Shown here in pieces: positions 13,412 through 27,122 of a stretch of DNA of 64,000 bases (within the stretch, counting starts at the first letter, position 1; every line of letters starts with the position of its first letter). Below the pieces are notes generated by a model. The model saw only the letters and a program-made list of their open reading frames with translations. It searched no databases and was not told the DNA's origin. The position numbers were made by a program, and so were the translations under genes. The stretch comes from Octopus sinensis (taxonomy: Eukaryota): assembly GCF_006345805.1 (NCBI RefSeq), contig NC_043003.1, positions 20,708,001-20,772,000 of the forward strand. Direction: 5' to 3'.

Positions 13412-13980
13412 TATTGGGTTGTCCGAAAAGTTCATGCCGATTTATAGTAACTTACATTTCGACTTATTTTAGAACATGGTTGAGTCCATAAAACAGGATT
13501 TGACTACACCTCCATTTAGAGAACAGTTTAAGCTATCTTTTCGTGGAAGAAGGTTTATGTTCCTATAACCTGTGTTAATTCTGTAACCCTTTAAAATGGA
13601 AGATAAGAAAGTTCATTTTCGGCACTTGATGCTTTGGGAATCAGACAAAAATTGCTGCAGCTCGGCTGAGATGTGTTACCCCACCCTCCATATTCACCAG
13701 ATATTGCTCCTTCGGATTTCCACTTATTCAGGTCTCTGCAGAATAGTCTTAATGGTAAAAATTTCAATTCCTTGTATGATGTAAAAAGATACTTTGATGA
13801 ATTCTTTGCCATGAAACCACCTCAATTCTGTGAAGAGGGTATTTTCAAGTTAATGGAAAGATGGAGACGCATTGTGCAACAAAATGGTTCATATTCGGTT
13901 GATTAAAAATGTAATGGCAAGTATTTATTGACTTTTTTTTTCCTTTCAAAATCGGCACGAACTTTCCGAACAACCCAATA
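13412..13980 (+). mobile_element. Internally deleted mariner with both TIRs
   Basis: TIR tattgggttgtccgaaaagttcatgccgattt at both ends; N-terminus MEDKKVHFRHLMLWE fused directly to HPPYSPDIAPSDFHLFRSLQN. Confidence 0.9.
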
Positions 13981-14037
13981 CATACTTACACACACACACA
14001 CACACATGCACTCACACACACATACACACACACACAT

Positions 14038-14095
<58 letters not shown>

Positions 14096-14918
14096 TGAGA
14101 GAGTGTATTGAATATATATATATTGAGTTCTACTTATCGTTTGTTCGGCAAGACCTGTACACACGCACACACACACACACGAAAAATTCTAATAAGAAAT
14201 TCCTTACATATTTATCTAGTATGTAAAACTTTGTAATTCCTATTATCAAATGAAACATGTGTAATGGTGAATAAATAATACCGATGAATTTTCCAACTAA
14301 CTGTTTTGTAATACAATAACTCTGCAAACTATATTTTCAGAATTTTCAGCTCTCATTTGTACTTTGCATCTATACAACAAAGACAGCAACCACATACTGA
14401 ATTGTAATAATGGAATTAGCAGATGTGTTTCAGGGGTTGACATCTGGAACTTAACCCTAACTATCTAAATTATAGCCAAGAAGGGAGATGTGGAGATGCT
14501 CAATATAGAAAATACTTAGTAGTGATAAAATGATATAGAAAATACTTAGTAGTGATAAAATGATAAGCTCATATGGACAAGGATGTAGATATTTATAGCT
14601 ATTTGCCTATTTTTCTCCTGACGAAGGGAGCCGGTATTACGGTAATGTCTCTATGCGGCCATCTGCTGGTTGCATACCTGTGACTTTTTGCACATTCCAT
14701 CTGCTAATTATGAACATTACAAGTATTACGTCATTCCGCACTCCCACAAGCAGTTGTCGAGTTAAAAAGCTATGCATTCTCTCCTTAGTTGTCTGTATTG
14801 TTTATACTGCACGTAAAAGTAAATCTATTTATCAACATAAATATTTTTGTGCTTGTACATCTGTGCTTTTCTTCTGAAAATATTTAGTTCTTGTATCTAT
14901 ATATATATATGTCCCTAT

Positions 14919-14973
<55 letters not shown>

Positions 14974-15003
14974 TACATACATACATACATACATACATAC
15001 ATT

Positions 15004-15052
<49 letters not shown>

Positions 15053-15751
15053 TACATACATACATACATACATACATACATACATACATACATACATACA
15101 TACATACATACATACATACGAAGGGTCGTTCTGTATGTTGTTTGTTTTGTTTTCCATTTGTGTCATATATGGATGTGCGCGTGTGTAATATGTATGTATA
15201 TTTATATATATCAAACTTAATCGCATTTATCAGATATATACATACTCACATACACATACATATCTTTTAGCTTTTATTTGTTTGTCATTTTTTTACTGCG
15301 GTCATGCTGGGGCACCGCCTTGAAGGGTTTTAGTCGAACAAATCGACCCCAGGACTTATTCCATTAAAAGCCCGGTACTTATTCTACCGGTGTCTTTTGC
15401 CGAACCGCTAAGTTACGGGGATGTAAACACACCACCGGTTGTCAAGCGGTATTGGTGGACAAAGACACAAAGACACAAAGACACAAAGACACATACACAT
15501 AGATATACACATATATGTATACGACTGGCTTCTTTCAGTTTCGTCTTTCAAATCCACTCACAAGGCTTTGATCGGCCTGTGGTTATTGTAAGATACGCAT
15601 GTTCAAGGTTCCACGCAATGGAACTTAACACGGGACCATGCAGTTGAGAAGCGGGCTTCTTATCACACAGCCACGCCTGCGCCCTTAAGCTTAAGCCATA
15701 CAAGTGTAAGTTCATGCCGTAAACATATGTGTATATATATATATATATATA

Positions 15752-15815
<64 letters not shown>

Positions 15816-15945
15816 GGTGCCCCAGCATAGCACAGCTCATTAGCTGAAACTGGAAAATCAAAATCAAAATCAAAATCATATATATATATACATATAATAT
15901 ATATATATATATATACATATATATTATATATATATATATATATAC

Positions 15946-16022
<77 letters not shown>

Positions 16023-16094
16023 ATAACATATATATATATATATATATATATATAACATATATATATATATATCTATATATATATATATATATAT

Positions 16095-16142
<48 letters not shown>

Positions 16143-16146
<4 letters not shown>

Positions 16147-16330
16147 AGAATTCACGAAAAAGCACAAGACGAAGACAGGTGGTGTAGACAACAAACACAT
16201 GTATTAGTTAAAGCTCAGAAAGTGAAAAAGTCTTTAACGTTTCAAGCCTATGCTCTTCCACAGAAAGGAACACAGGAAGAAACGAGAGAAAAAATGCGTG
16301 TAGTGGTTACCGATTTTTCATGGCGACTGC
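16143..16330 (-). mobile_element. Probable Penelope-like terminal repeat with variant hammerhead-like motif (16230-16268)
   Basis: Minus strand cttt-CTGTGGA-agagc atag gctt-GAAA-cgtt-aaag; core is non-canonical. Confidence 0.45.
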
Positions 16331-16660
16331 CGGACAGAAAGGTTACACAGGAGAACGAAGAAGTAGAGGAGATAACAAAGTAATAGTGATCCCAAAACGA
16401 AGGTGCGCGTGTGTAAGAGAGTACGTATGTGCGTGTGAAAAAGGGCTTGTGGTCTTGACGTGTGCGTGTGTGTACGTATAGGTGTGAAAATATGGGGATG
16501 GGAATTGGTCTGTGCTGGTGTGTGGATAGTAGTGTGTTGTGATGGGATGTGTTGTGTGGTGTGGTTTGATGTTGTTGGGAGGTGGGGGAAACGAGAGTAG
16601 GAAAGCACGGGTGGAGTGTGGGTTAGGCTGAGGGTTGGGGTAGAGTTGGGGTATGGTTGG

Positions 16661-16697
<37 letters not shown>

Positions 16698-16915
16698 CAT
16701 ATGTATAATATATATATATATACATACATATTATATATATACATATATATATATAACCATATATATATATATACCTAGTATATTCTGTATCATATTTTCC
16801 GTTACCTCTCACCCTCTCCATCTCTCCCACCTTTACATACCTCTCTCTCTACTTGTACATATATATGTGTGTGTGCGTACGTATATATGTATATATGCAA
16901 ACACACATATATATG

Positions 16916-16947
<32 letters not shown>

Positions 16948-16993
16948 ATTCGTTCTATGTATATATATATATATATATAATATACCCATACAA

Positions 16994-17032
<39 letters not shown>

Positions 17033-17418
17033 TCCTCGTGATTACACTAAGAATCACTTTTACCCGAATCCTAATACATTTAAGTGACCAAAGAAAAGTG
17101 ATGCTATGGCTTCCATTTCAATCGATTCGCTTCGTTAGCTTAATTTCATTTCAACACAGAATTGGGAAGCGGAGAGTAATGTCGGTCAGCTATAATCTTC
17201 AACGATTACATTCAAGAGACTCTACTCTATTTTAGCTCTAAAGTTGCTTTATATCTGATTGCCATAAGAGTGTGTGTCTGTATGCTTGCATGCGCATGTA
17301 TTTGTATATGCATAAGTGTGTCTGTCTGTGTGTTTATATATATATACATACATATATATATATAAATAATATACATATATACACACACATATATATATAA
17401 CCTCATATAATTTTAAGG

Positions 17419-17486
<68 letters not shown>

Positions 17487-19489
17487 GCGTATGTGCTAAT
17501 ATGTGTGTGTGTAAATATATACACGTGGACACAAAGGTGCATTTATATAATGATTATATAAGAAAGGAAAAAGGCCATGTATATAATTAATAAGCCCTAT
17601 CCTTACAATGTATCAGCTGTATATCAACATCATTGAAACGATTGTAAAGATATGGATTATCATCACGTTTTTCTTTGGTTACATGGTCGTTATATCTACT
17701 TTATGGATATATCACAGCATGTACACAGCATATGTATATATTATCATGAATTCATTTTCTATGTGGATTTTTGGAGTGTAATGGATTTTATGGAATTCTA
17801 AATAGATTGTCCTAAATAGTAGCTCTGAATAAATGTTCATAAGCACATTAATAGAAATCTGCAGTTTCTCTCTCTCTCTCTTTTCTCTCTTTCTTCCTTC
17901 TGACCGCAGCCTATTTTTCAAGAAAGAAAGAGAATGGTGAATAAGAGAGAGAGAGTGAGACGAATGAATTCGAATACTCAGTTGATACTTGACTTATTCA
18001 CCCTAGTATTTGTGTTCTTAATTTATTGTTCTCTCTTCAAGTATATTTTTGATTATTTTACTCTAAATCTCATAAATTTCTTTTGTAAGTCCATACACTG
18101 TTTGTAGCAGTGTTTCTACTTATTTATCAGCAACAGCGTACAAGTTAAAGACACCCATATGCAAAAGATGCACCGTAAGCCCTAGCCCTTGTGGTGTGGT
18201 AACTTGTGTATCTCACTGACCCCGAGAACTATGCCAGAGGAACACAACCGAGGCTAACATCGACCAATTTCCCGTATGTAAAAATGGGTTTCAGTGAGGT
18301 CGACACACCTACTTAGAAAAACTTTAAATTGTAGAAGCATTGATGATAATTCACGGCCAAGACCTAGGAGTAGAAGCAGAAAAGACATCCCAGATTCTAG
18401 AACCGTTGAGAAAAGTCACCAATGGTTTGTGCTTCACACGGAGCGAAAGGCTTAAGTAGTAAGTAATATACAAAAGATAATTTATCAGCCCATGGCATTT
18501 ATATCTAAGCAAAGTTTCATTTAGACTAAGTGTAGTCGTGTTTAACATTTTGCTTAAATTACTAACATTTTGGTTAAATTACTAGCATGTTAAGCGCGAC
18601 TGTACTTAGTCTGGCGTTAGGTCAGGAAGAAAAGAAGAGTAACGACAGAGAGAAATTTCTTTAAACATTCCAGGACTAGTTTTTATAAAATCGTCTGTCA
18701 CCTCTATCTGCGGAATTGTTTTCCTTTTAGTCATGGCATATTAATGAATCTGTTGACTATTGTAACAACGTTGCTCACTGCGAACGATTTAGGATCTACG
18801 TGTGGAGAGCAATGTGGAAATCTTTCTATTTGCCATTGCACACCGTGCTCATATTTTCCTTTTTTGTGTTAACAATCTTTTATTATAGCTTTGCCGATGA
18901 TTGATTGATCTTTACAACCACATAAGACTTTGTAGCAGTGCTGCTACTCTTCATGGTGCAGGCTTTTCCTTTCTTTTTTTTTTCATTCTTTTTTTTTACT
19001 GCTTTTCAGATCTTTATTCACTGTAACATTATGGCAGAGATCTGGTAGAATCGCTAGAACAATATTATGGCGATGAGCTTGCAGATTTAACATGTAGGAA
19101 AAAAATGCTTAGTGGCATTTCTTCTTGCTCATTATTATTTGAGCTCAACTCCCACCGAGATCAACTTTGCCTTTCTTCCTTTCGGGGTTGGATAAAATAA
19201 AGTACCAATCAAGAAGTGGGTCGATGTGGCTGACTTACTTCCTTCCCTAAAACTTGCCGGCCTTGTGTCAAAATTAAAAATAATTAGATAGTATAGCAGT
19301 TAAGACTTTTAAGCTAGAGGAAAGCAGATTACGGCTTTGCAGTTTGTTGTTTTGATCCTGGAAATTAAAGGTAGTCAGTACTGCTATTGGCATATATAAA
19401 ACCGGGATTGGGAAATTATAGTTGAATTGTTTCATTGAATATTTTACTTACCCTATGAGAGCAGCAATTGATTGGCCCATTTCCTTCAA

Positions 19490-20140
19490 ACATTGGCATT
19501 ATGCTGTGATACACACTTGCCAAAGGTTCCAAGCGTTCAAACGACATCGAACCCAGAACGTCACGGGGTTGGGTTACATAGCAAACATTTTTTGTACCCT
19601 CACAGCCATAACGTTTTGAGAAATTCTGCAAAACATTCGTGTTGATTATATTTTAAGCTTTTACAGTCCAGCTTCCCTTTTATTGCATCCTCTAACGGTC
19701 TCCGTTTACCAAATTTCACAGGCGAAGCTTCGATCGATCTAAGACAACAGAGAAAATACTTGCCCAGAATACCGAGCGCGCAAGAGACATCGTGCCCAGA
19801 AACACATGACTGCGTAGCAAACTTCTTCCGTACTCACACAACAATAACTATGATTATTGCAGGACATAAATTTCAAGGAAACCATATTAGGAATTGAATA
19901 GTTTAAACGAAAACAGTAACAACAGAAGTTTTTCAAAATTTCCACACAGCTTCGTTTACCAAATTTCATTCTCAAGGCTTCGGTCGATCTAAGGTTGCAG
20001 ACAAAAATATTTGCCCAGGGTTCCGAGCATGCAAGTGACATCGAACCCAGAACGTGACAGGGATGGATTACATAGCAAACTTCTTCCATGCCCTCACAAC
20101 CGTGATATGTTTATTGTAGAACATAATTTTCAAGGGAAAA
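19490..20140. repeat. Three degenerate tandem units of ~250 bp
   Basis: Recurring gacatcg(a/t)(a/g)cccagaa..tagcaaac and cgtttaccaaatttca..cttcg.tcgatctaag blocks. Confidence 0.7.
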
Positions 20141-20574
20141 AAAATATATTAGAAACCGAACAATAATTTTTTTTTTAACATACAAACACAATAGCAACCG
20201 CAATAAAATACAGACCTAGAACTATTGAGCCAGCCAATCGATTTCTTGTGCAATTTATTGAAACTGAAAAGTGACGACTAGTAAAATCATCAAACGACGT
20301 CTGGGCCAAAATGAAAACGGAAATTAGTTTGCTTTGGCGTGGCCTTGTCTTTTTCCTTCGTGTTCACTGTAATTGCCGGTCATAAAACTTCATCATATAT
20401 GACGACATCTATTGATTGCTTGGGACGAACGAAACTTTAAGTAGCAATAATTATATATAGGTATGTGCGAGTCTCTGTGTATTTGTGGCTATGAGTCTAT
20501 ATGTGGACGTGTATAACCGAATATACATGTAGGTAGAGAGGTAGGTAGGTAAATATATATATACACACACACAG

Positions 20575-20609
<35 letters not shown>

Positions 20610-20636
20610 ACACACACACACACACAACACACACAC

Positions 20637-20681
<45 letters not shown>

Positions 20682-20750
20682 ATAAATTTTCAGAATGAGA
20701 AAAAAAATCCAAGGCTGCGAAAGACTTTTTAGAACATATATAAATAGAAG

Positions 20751-20798
20751 GTCTTTCAGCTGTTTCCGGGATATTTTATATATCCCTTCATCGGAGAC
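20751..20798 (-). ncRNA. Degenerate minimal type I hammerhead ribozyme motif
   Basis: gtct-CCGATGA-a-gggatat ataaa atatccc-g-GAAA-cagctg-aa-agac; stems I and II intact, two core/stem III substitutions. Confidence 0.6.
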
Positions 20799-21872
20799 GG
20801 TGTGAGAAAATGGTTAAGCAATAGTTATTTTAGATAAGATATGAAATAGAGAGTGAAGTGGAGGAATGAAAATAGATGTGAGATATGCGGGGATATTGCA
20901 TCTATAGATCCATTCTTTTATATATACACATGCTGATATATGACCTACGTTGGACTCCTCATTCGCATAATCACCGAACCTGGAGCTTAATTATAGTCTA
21001 TCCATAGCACTTACTCACCATTACCTGACACATTTGGATCTTATTGACACCATTACCTCTCATAACGTGTATATATATACAGACATATATACATACGTAC
21101 AAACATATGCACCATATTTGTGGTATGCGTGTATGTTCCTTCCCTTCTCTTTCAAAGTCTTTAACAAAATTTGTTAAGTCTTTCTGTTTCTTACTCAGCA
21201 GAAAATTTCGAAAACTTTAAGAATACATTATATACGGTATTCAGCACACCACATTTTAAATTACTTACCCAGTTCATGTCATTGACCCCTTGAAATACTT
21301 TCCTCAACTTTTTCAATATCTAATCATGCAAATTATCCCAAAGCACCTATTATTTTTTTCTGTCCTAAGTACAGGAATGGTTATGTGGTTAAGATGCTTG
21401 CTTTGCAACTACATAGTTTCGGGTTCAGCCCCACTGCAAGTATCTTCTAATACAGCCCTGGGTTGACCAATGCCCTTTGAGTAAATCTACTAGACAGAAA
21501 CTGTGTGGAAGCTCAAATTATGTATGTGTGTGTGTGATGTATGTATGTGTTTATGTTTGTCCTTCACCATCGCTTTACATTCCTGTAAATTAGTGGTTCG
21601 GCAAAAAAGACCGATATTTTTTTATCTTTCTTATATTCGTTTCAGCCATTAGACTGTAGCCATGCTGGAGCACCACTTTGAAGGGCTTTTAGTCAAACAA
21701 ATTAAGTTCAGAACTTATTTTTCTTAAATCCGGTACTTATTTTATCGGTCTGTTTTGCCGAACTGCTATATTACGGGGACGTCAACACACCAACACCGGT
21801 TGTCATATGATGATGCTGGAGAAAAACACATACACAGAGTCACACACACATATACATACATACATACATACA

Positions 21873-21938
<66 letters not shown>

Positions 21939-22791
21939 CATACGAGTCATTTAAAATTCTAAAAACCGTATTTTAAACTTATTCACAATTAAACTGTAGT
22001 TTGATGCTTTATAGTAAAACATACTAGAGGCCCGAACCTGTAGTAGATGAGACTCGCCCAAGGTGCCACGCAGTGGAACTGAACCCGGAACCATGTGGTT
22101 GGGAGGCAAGCTTCTTATCACGCAGCCACAACTGCACCTATAGAATAAGTTCCAGATTTAACAAAATAATAAGTCGCGCGATCGATCTGTTCAACTACAC
22201 CCTTCAATGCTGTGCTCTAGCACGGCCGAGGTCCAATGCCGGAAACAAATAGTAGTGTTAAAACAGAATAAACGATATGTAAAAATTTTAGTTTTCTGAA
22301 ATCTAAGCGAGCCGAGTCTGTGCACTTCTGACGATGTCAAACAGACCGAAACAAACGTACCTAGCTATCCTTGCCGACAACAAAGAACAGACTATCGTTT
22401 CCTAACACATAAATTAAATGAGAAATTTATTCTAGATTTCTTGAAAGCATTTCCTTTTCTCCTTGAAAGACACGGACAAACATCTGTAGGTTTTTGTTTT
22501 CCGACTCACACATGAAAAGAAATTTACAAACGTTAACAATATGCTATGAAACGCTTTCAGTATAATTCGCTTTAATTTAATTTCCAAACTCATCTCATTG
22601 GTTCCTCTCACTCATTTCGCAGAGCTCTGTATGTGTATATACATACATACATACATACATACATACATACATACATACATACATACATACATACATACAT
22701 ACATACGTACATATACATATACATATACATATGATTGGTAAATGCCAATGCACACACATGCATGCGCACACACACGCAGGCGCGTGCACAA

Positions 22792-22833
<42 letters not shown>

Positions 22834-23002
22834 GTGATGGGTTTCTGCACAGCTCACATTCAGAAAATTCACTCACAAATAATAGGTCGTCCCCGGGCTG
22901 TAGTGTAAGATGGTTGTATAAGGTGTTATATAGTAAGACTGAACCGAAACGAAAACCACGTTGTGACGATGAAACATCCATAACTACCACCCATATATAT
23001 AC

Positions 23003-23083
<81 letters not shown>

Positions 23084-23838
23084 TATATATATATGCGTGT
23101 GTGTGTACATCCATCCATATATATGTTGATATAAGTATATATACATATGCGTGCGTGCATGTGTGTGCAGAGGAAGAGCCAAAAGAGGAATGAGTATAGA
23201 CAGTGGAAATTCATGTATATGTAATGCTAAATATGTATTATTTACATTACAAAATGCGGAAATATCTTTACAGCTGTTTCAAAGACTCGTCACCTGGTTG
23301 ATGCTAAAAAACATACTGTGCAAAGTTGTGTACATAATGAGGCAGTAATTATACACACTAAATATGCGAAATATCATTAACTCGCATGCAACGTAAAATC
23401 ATGAGACTGGAAACGCCCAATAGTTTTGCCAGAAGTATGACTGGTAGATGCAAATGCAATAGTAAGCAGGCTACGTATTTATAATATATAGGCATCAATA
23501 AAAAGATGAAAGAAGGCCGTGTGTTGAAATTAAAGCAATTAAAACATAGAAGACTTATTTTAAAAACACAGAATGTGTTAACTTCATTTTCGATAAAAAT
23601 GCCAGTGACCAGGTCGCAGGCAGTGCGACGAAAACTTTGACCCCTAGTAATAAATGATGAAGTAAATACTTTCGATGTGTGTTTGAATGGCTAAGATAAG
23701 TTTTCCAAGCTGTAATTTCAGTATTCAGTTATTCATACACATCTACATATACACCCAGGGCAGTGAAAATGCAAAAACTGACAGTAAAATCTCTCTGAAG
23801 TCACATGCAACTATATTAGATAAAGGAGGGCGTATTTA

Positions 23839-24234
23839 TCTCTATATATATAAAGCTGAAGTTGTCTGTGTATGGCAGGTTTGGAAGCCTTCAACTAATA
23901 CTATCGCTATCCGAGACCCTGCGCCGCAAGTTGACCAAAATTGAGAGTATGATAGAAGAAGGTTTGCGCTTCCTTCCGTAGAAGAAAAAACTCAAATCGG
24001 ACCATGTTAGCACCAAAAATTATTTACATCAAAAAGGTGCTTTTTTTTTTCTATGAAAATCCCTATTTTTTACGACTTTTTGACTGTTGTGCCGCCATTT
24101 TTCGGTGTATTTCAACCAGAAAAATGTTCACTTAAAGAAAATAACAAGCTACATAATACAGAATTTTTACTTTTCAAAAATTCCAATTCTAAAGGGTCGA
24201 AACAAACCCGAGCAACGCCGGGCGATACTGCTAG
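23839..24234 (+). mobile_element. Non-autonomous Helitron
   Basis: Starts TC(tctatatatataaag), has a subterminal hairpin cccg-agcaacgc-cggg, ends CTAG, and sits between a host A and T. Confidence 0.8.
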
Positions 24235-24572
24235 TATAATGCATTGCAGTCGCAAGAAACCGGGGATGGCGTGGAGGAAGATGCTATGCTTTATTAATCT
24301 AGATGGCCATGTAGTTGCGAGCAGACGCAGACACCAAACTTGAGAAGCATCTAGGATTTGGTTTAAAGTGTTACTATAAAGCATCAAGCTACATCTGAAT
24401 TGTGAATAAGTTTGAAATACGGTTGTTAGAATTTTAAATGACTCGTGTGTGTGTGTATGTATGTATGTATGTATGTATGTATGTATGTATGTATGTATGT
24501 ATGTATGTATGTATGTATGTATGTATGTATGTATGTATGTATGTATGTGCATATATATAACTAACGGTTATA

Positions 24573-24990
24573 CCTATTTCTTTACTACCCACAAGGAGCT
24601 AAACACAGAGGAGACAAACAAGGACAGACAAACGGATTAAGTCGATTATATCGACCCCAGTGTGCAACTGGTACTTAATTTATCGACCCGAAAGGATGAA
24701 AGGCAAAGTCAATCTCGACTGAATTTGAACTCAGAACGTAACGACAGGCGAAATACCTATTTCTTTACTACCCACAAGGGGCTAAACACAGAGAGGACAA
24801 ACAAGCACAGACAAACGGATTAAGTCGATTATATCGACCTCAGTGCGTAACTGGTGCTTATTTAATCGACCCCGAAAGGATGAAAGGCAAAGTCGACCTC
24901 GGCGGAATTTGAACTCAGAACGTAGCAGCAGACGAAATACCGCTAGGTATTTCACCCGGCATGCTAACGATTCTGCCAGCTCGCCGCCTT
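24573..24990 (-). mobile_element. SINE family A head-to-tail dimer
   Basis: Same structure and junction (gaaataGGTATttcg) as 4091-4513. Confidence 0.85.
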
Positions 24991-25307
24991 CTAACAGTTA
25001 TACCTAATACTTATTTCTTTTTGCATCTAATATTTGTTATTAATCTTCTATAATAATGAAGATGTGTCCCTTAATTTTCTGTTTTTGTATACAAATATCT
25101 AGAAGAAATCTTGCAGAACAGACGTTATTTGAAGAAGATGCATCTTGTATTCACCTGAGGATACACATCAACACCGACGAATACACATAAACCAGATGTT
25201 CAGAATCTCACGCACGAGGGATCGATGCTAGATAGGTCGAAACAATTGTAGTGATCGATAAACATTCTCGTATCTTCCATCCATCTTCTGTGTCTCTCAT
25301 TAATCAA

Positions 25308-25352
<45 letters not shown>

Positions 25353-26304
25353 TGTGTGTGTGTGCGCGCGTATGTGCGTGTGTGTGTGTATGTGTGTGTG
25401 TGTGTATATGTGTGTATGCGTCACTAACTTTTTATCTCTCTTTAGATTGATGGGTATAGAGATAAACTGTTATACATTTTGAGCGATGATGCATAGAAAT
25501 GCGTTTGGATAAACACAAGGGTACACACAAAGCACATTATATATATATATATGTTTGTGTGTGTGTGTTTTTTTTGCATACACAGGTACATATACCCCTA
25601 CATACATATACATATATGCATATATATTCTCTAATATTGAGCGCAAATCTACTTCACTGGTAAATTATGCCCATCATCTCAAGGCTAATAATATTCCGTC
25701 TAACATCTCCAGGTCTGTAATTAAGATTGGAAGACCTTATCCGAGTGATCGCACTGAATACAATTTGCGCATAAAAGAACCCCTGTGATGTAACGCGAGT
25801 ATAAGGCTTTACTGCTTAATAAACAGTGACGCAATAGCGTCCTGTGGGAATATATTATTCAAACATTTTCCCTTTACCATAAGATTGCATGATTCGATCT
25901 ACTTACGTAATTATAAGCTTGTATTCTGGTCAGATATTTTCGTCCTTACTTTTACGTATTTCGCTTTTATCTGCTTATATTTCATAACTTGGCCTTGCTA
26001 GAATTATGGCCTGCCTGAATTCGAATAGATTTAAGCCATTCATACTCTATTTCCAGTTACGTTATTGTTCTTTTCCATTTATAGTTCTTCCTTGTATATT
26101 TATACATATATTTTTCATTATTTCTTAAATATTTTTTATATATAGCGACTCCATTATTTATGCGTTTGAACACTTATACTAAATCAGTTACAAAAACGTT
26201 ACACTGCCTTATCAACACTGGAAGCACCGAGCGGTCATTTATGACCGCTTTTGAATTTTACATTTAATTTCTACGACTGTATTAAATGTGCCATCATGAG
26301 CACC

Positions 26305-26373
<69 letters not shown>

Positions 26374-26591
26374 TTATTTATTTATTTATTTATTCATTTA
26401 TTTATTTATTTATTTTTGCTTGCAATAGTTGGTTCTTTTGGTCAACTATCGTATCTCCAGCTGCTTCAGATTCCAAGACATCAAGAATTGTCAAAGTGTA
26501 GCACAACGGTTTTACTATGGAATGAGAAAACTATTTTTTCGCTTTCTGAAAAAGCAACGTTTTGGATTTACGACACTTTTACATTATAGTG

Positions 26592-26646
<55 letters not shown>

Positions 26647-26662
26647 ATATGTATATATATAT

Positions 26663-26960
26663 ATACATATAAGACGGATGACCACTAAGTGGACATCCAT
26701 TATGCTAGAAGTAGACCTCCTATGGTCTTACCACTAATAAAGGATTGTTCTCAAGGAAATTTAGCAAACACCAGAACGTAAGCGAGCAAGATAAATGAAA
26801 AGATAAAAATATATTTTGTGTCTTTTCATTTGTCTTGCTCGTTTACGTTCCGGTGTTTGGTAAATTTTCTTGAGAACAATCCTTTCTTAGTGGTAATACC
26901 ATAGGGTGTCTACTTCTAGTATAATGGATGTCCACTTAGTGGTCATCCCTCTTATATGTA
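26663..26960. mobile_element. ~300-bp whole-length palindrome (foldback MITE)
   Basis: Arms ggatgaccactaagtggacatccatt.. and ..aatggatgtccacttagtggtcatcc, centred on aaaatatatttt. Confidence 0.8.
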
Positions 26961-27078
26961 TGTAATATAATTTTTCTGAATCTTCAGATTTTTCAATATA
27001 CTAGACCACTGGTTTTAAATTTATATTAATCAAATTAATATTCAATTTTTCACCCTTATTATTTTAAATTTAAATTTG

Positions 27079-27122
<44 letters not shown>

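Noticed and set aside
22320-22362. CTGACGA-tgtc-aaaca-gac-c-GAAA hammerhead-like core
   Set aside because: No stem I pairing and no palindromic stem III, so it is too weak to call.
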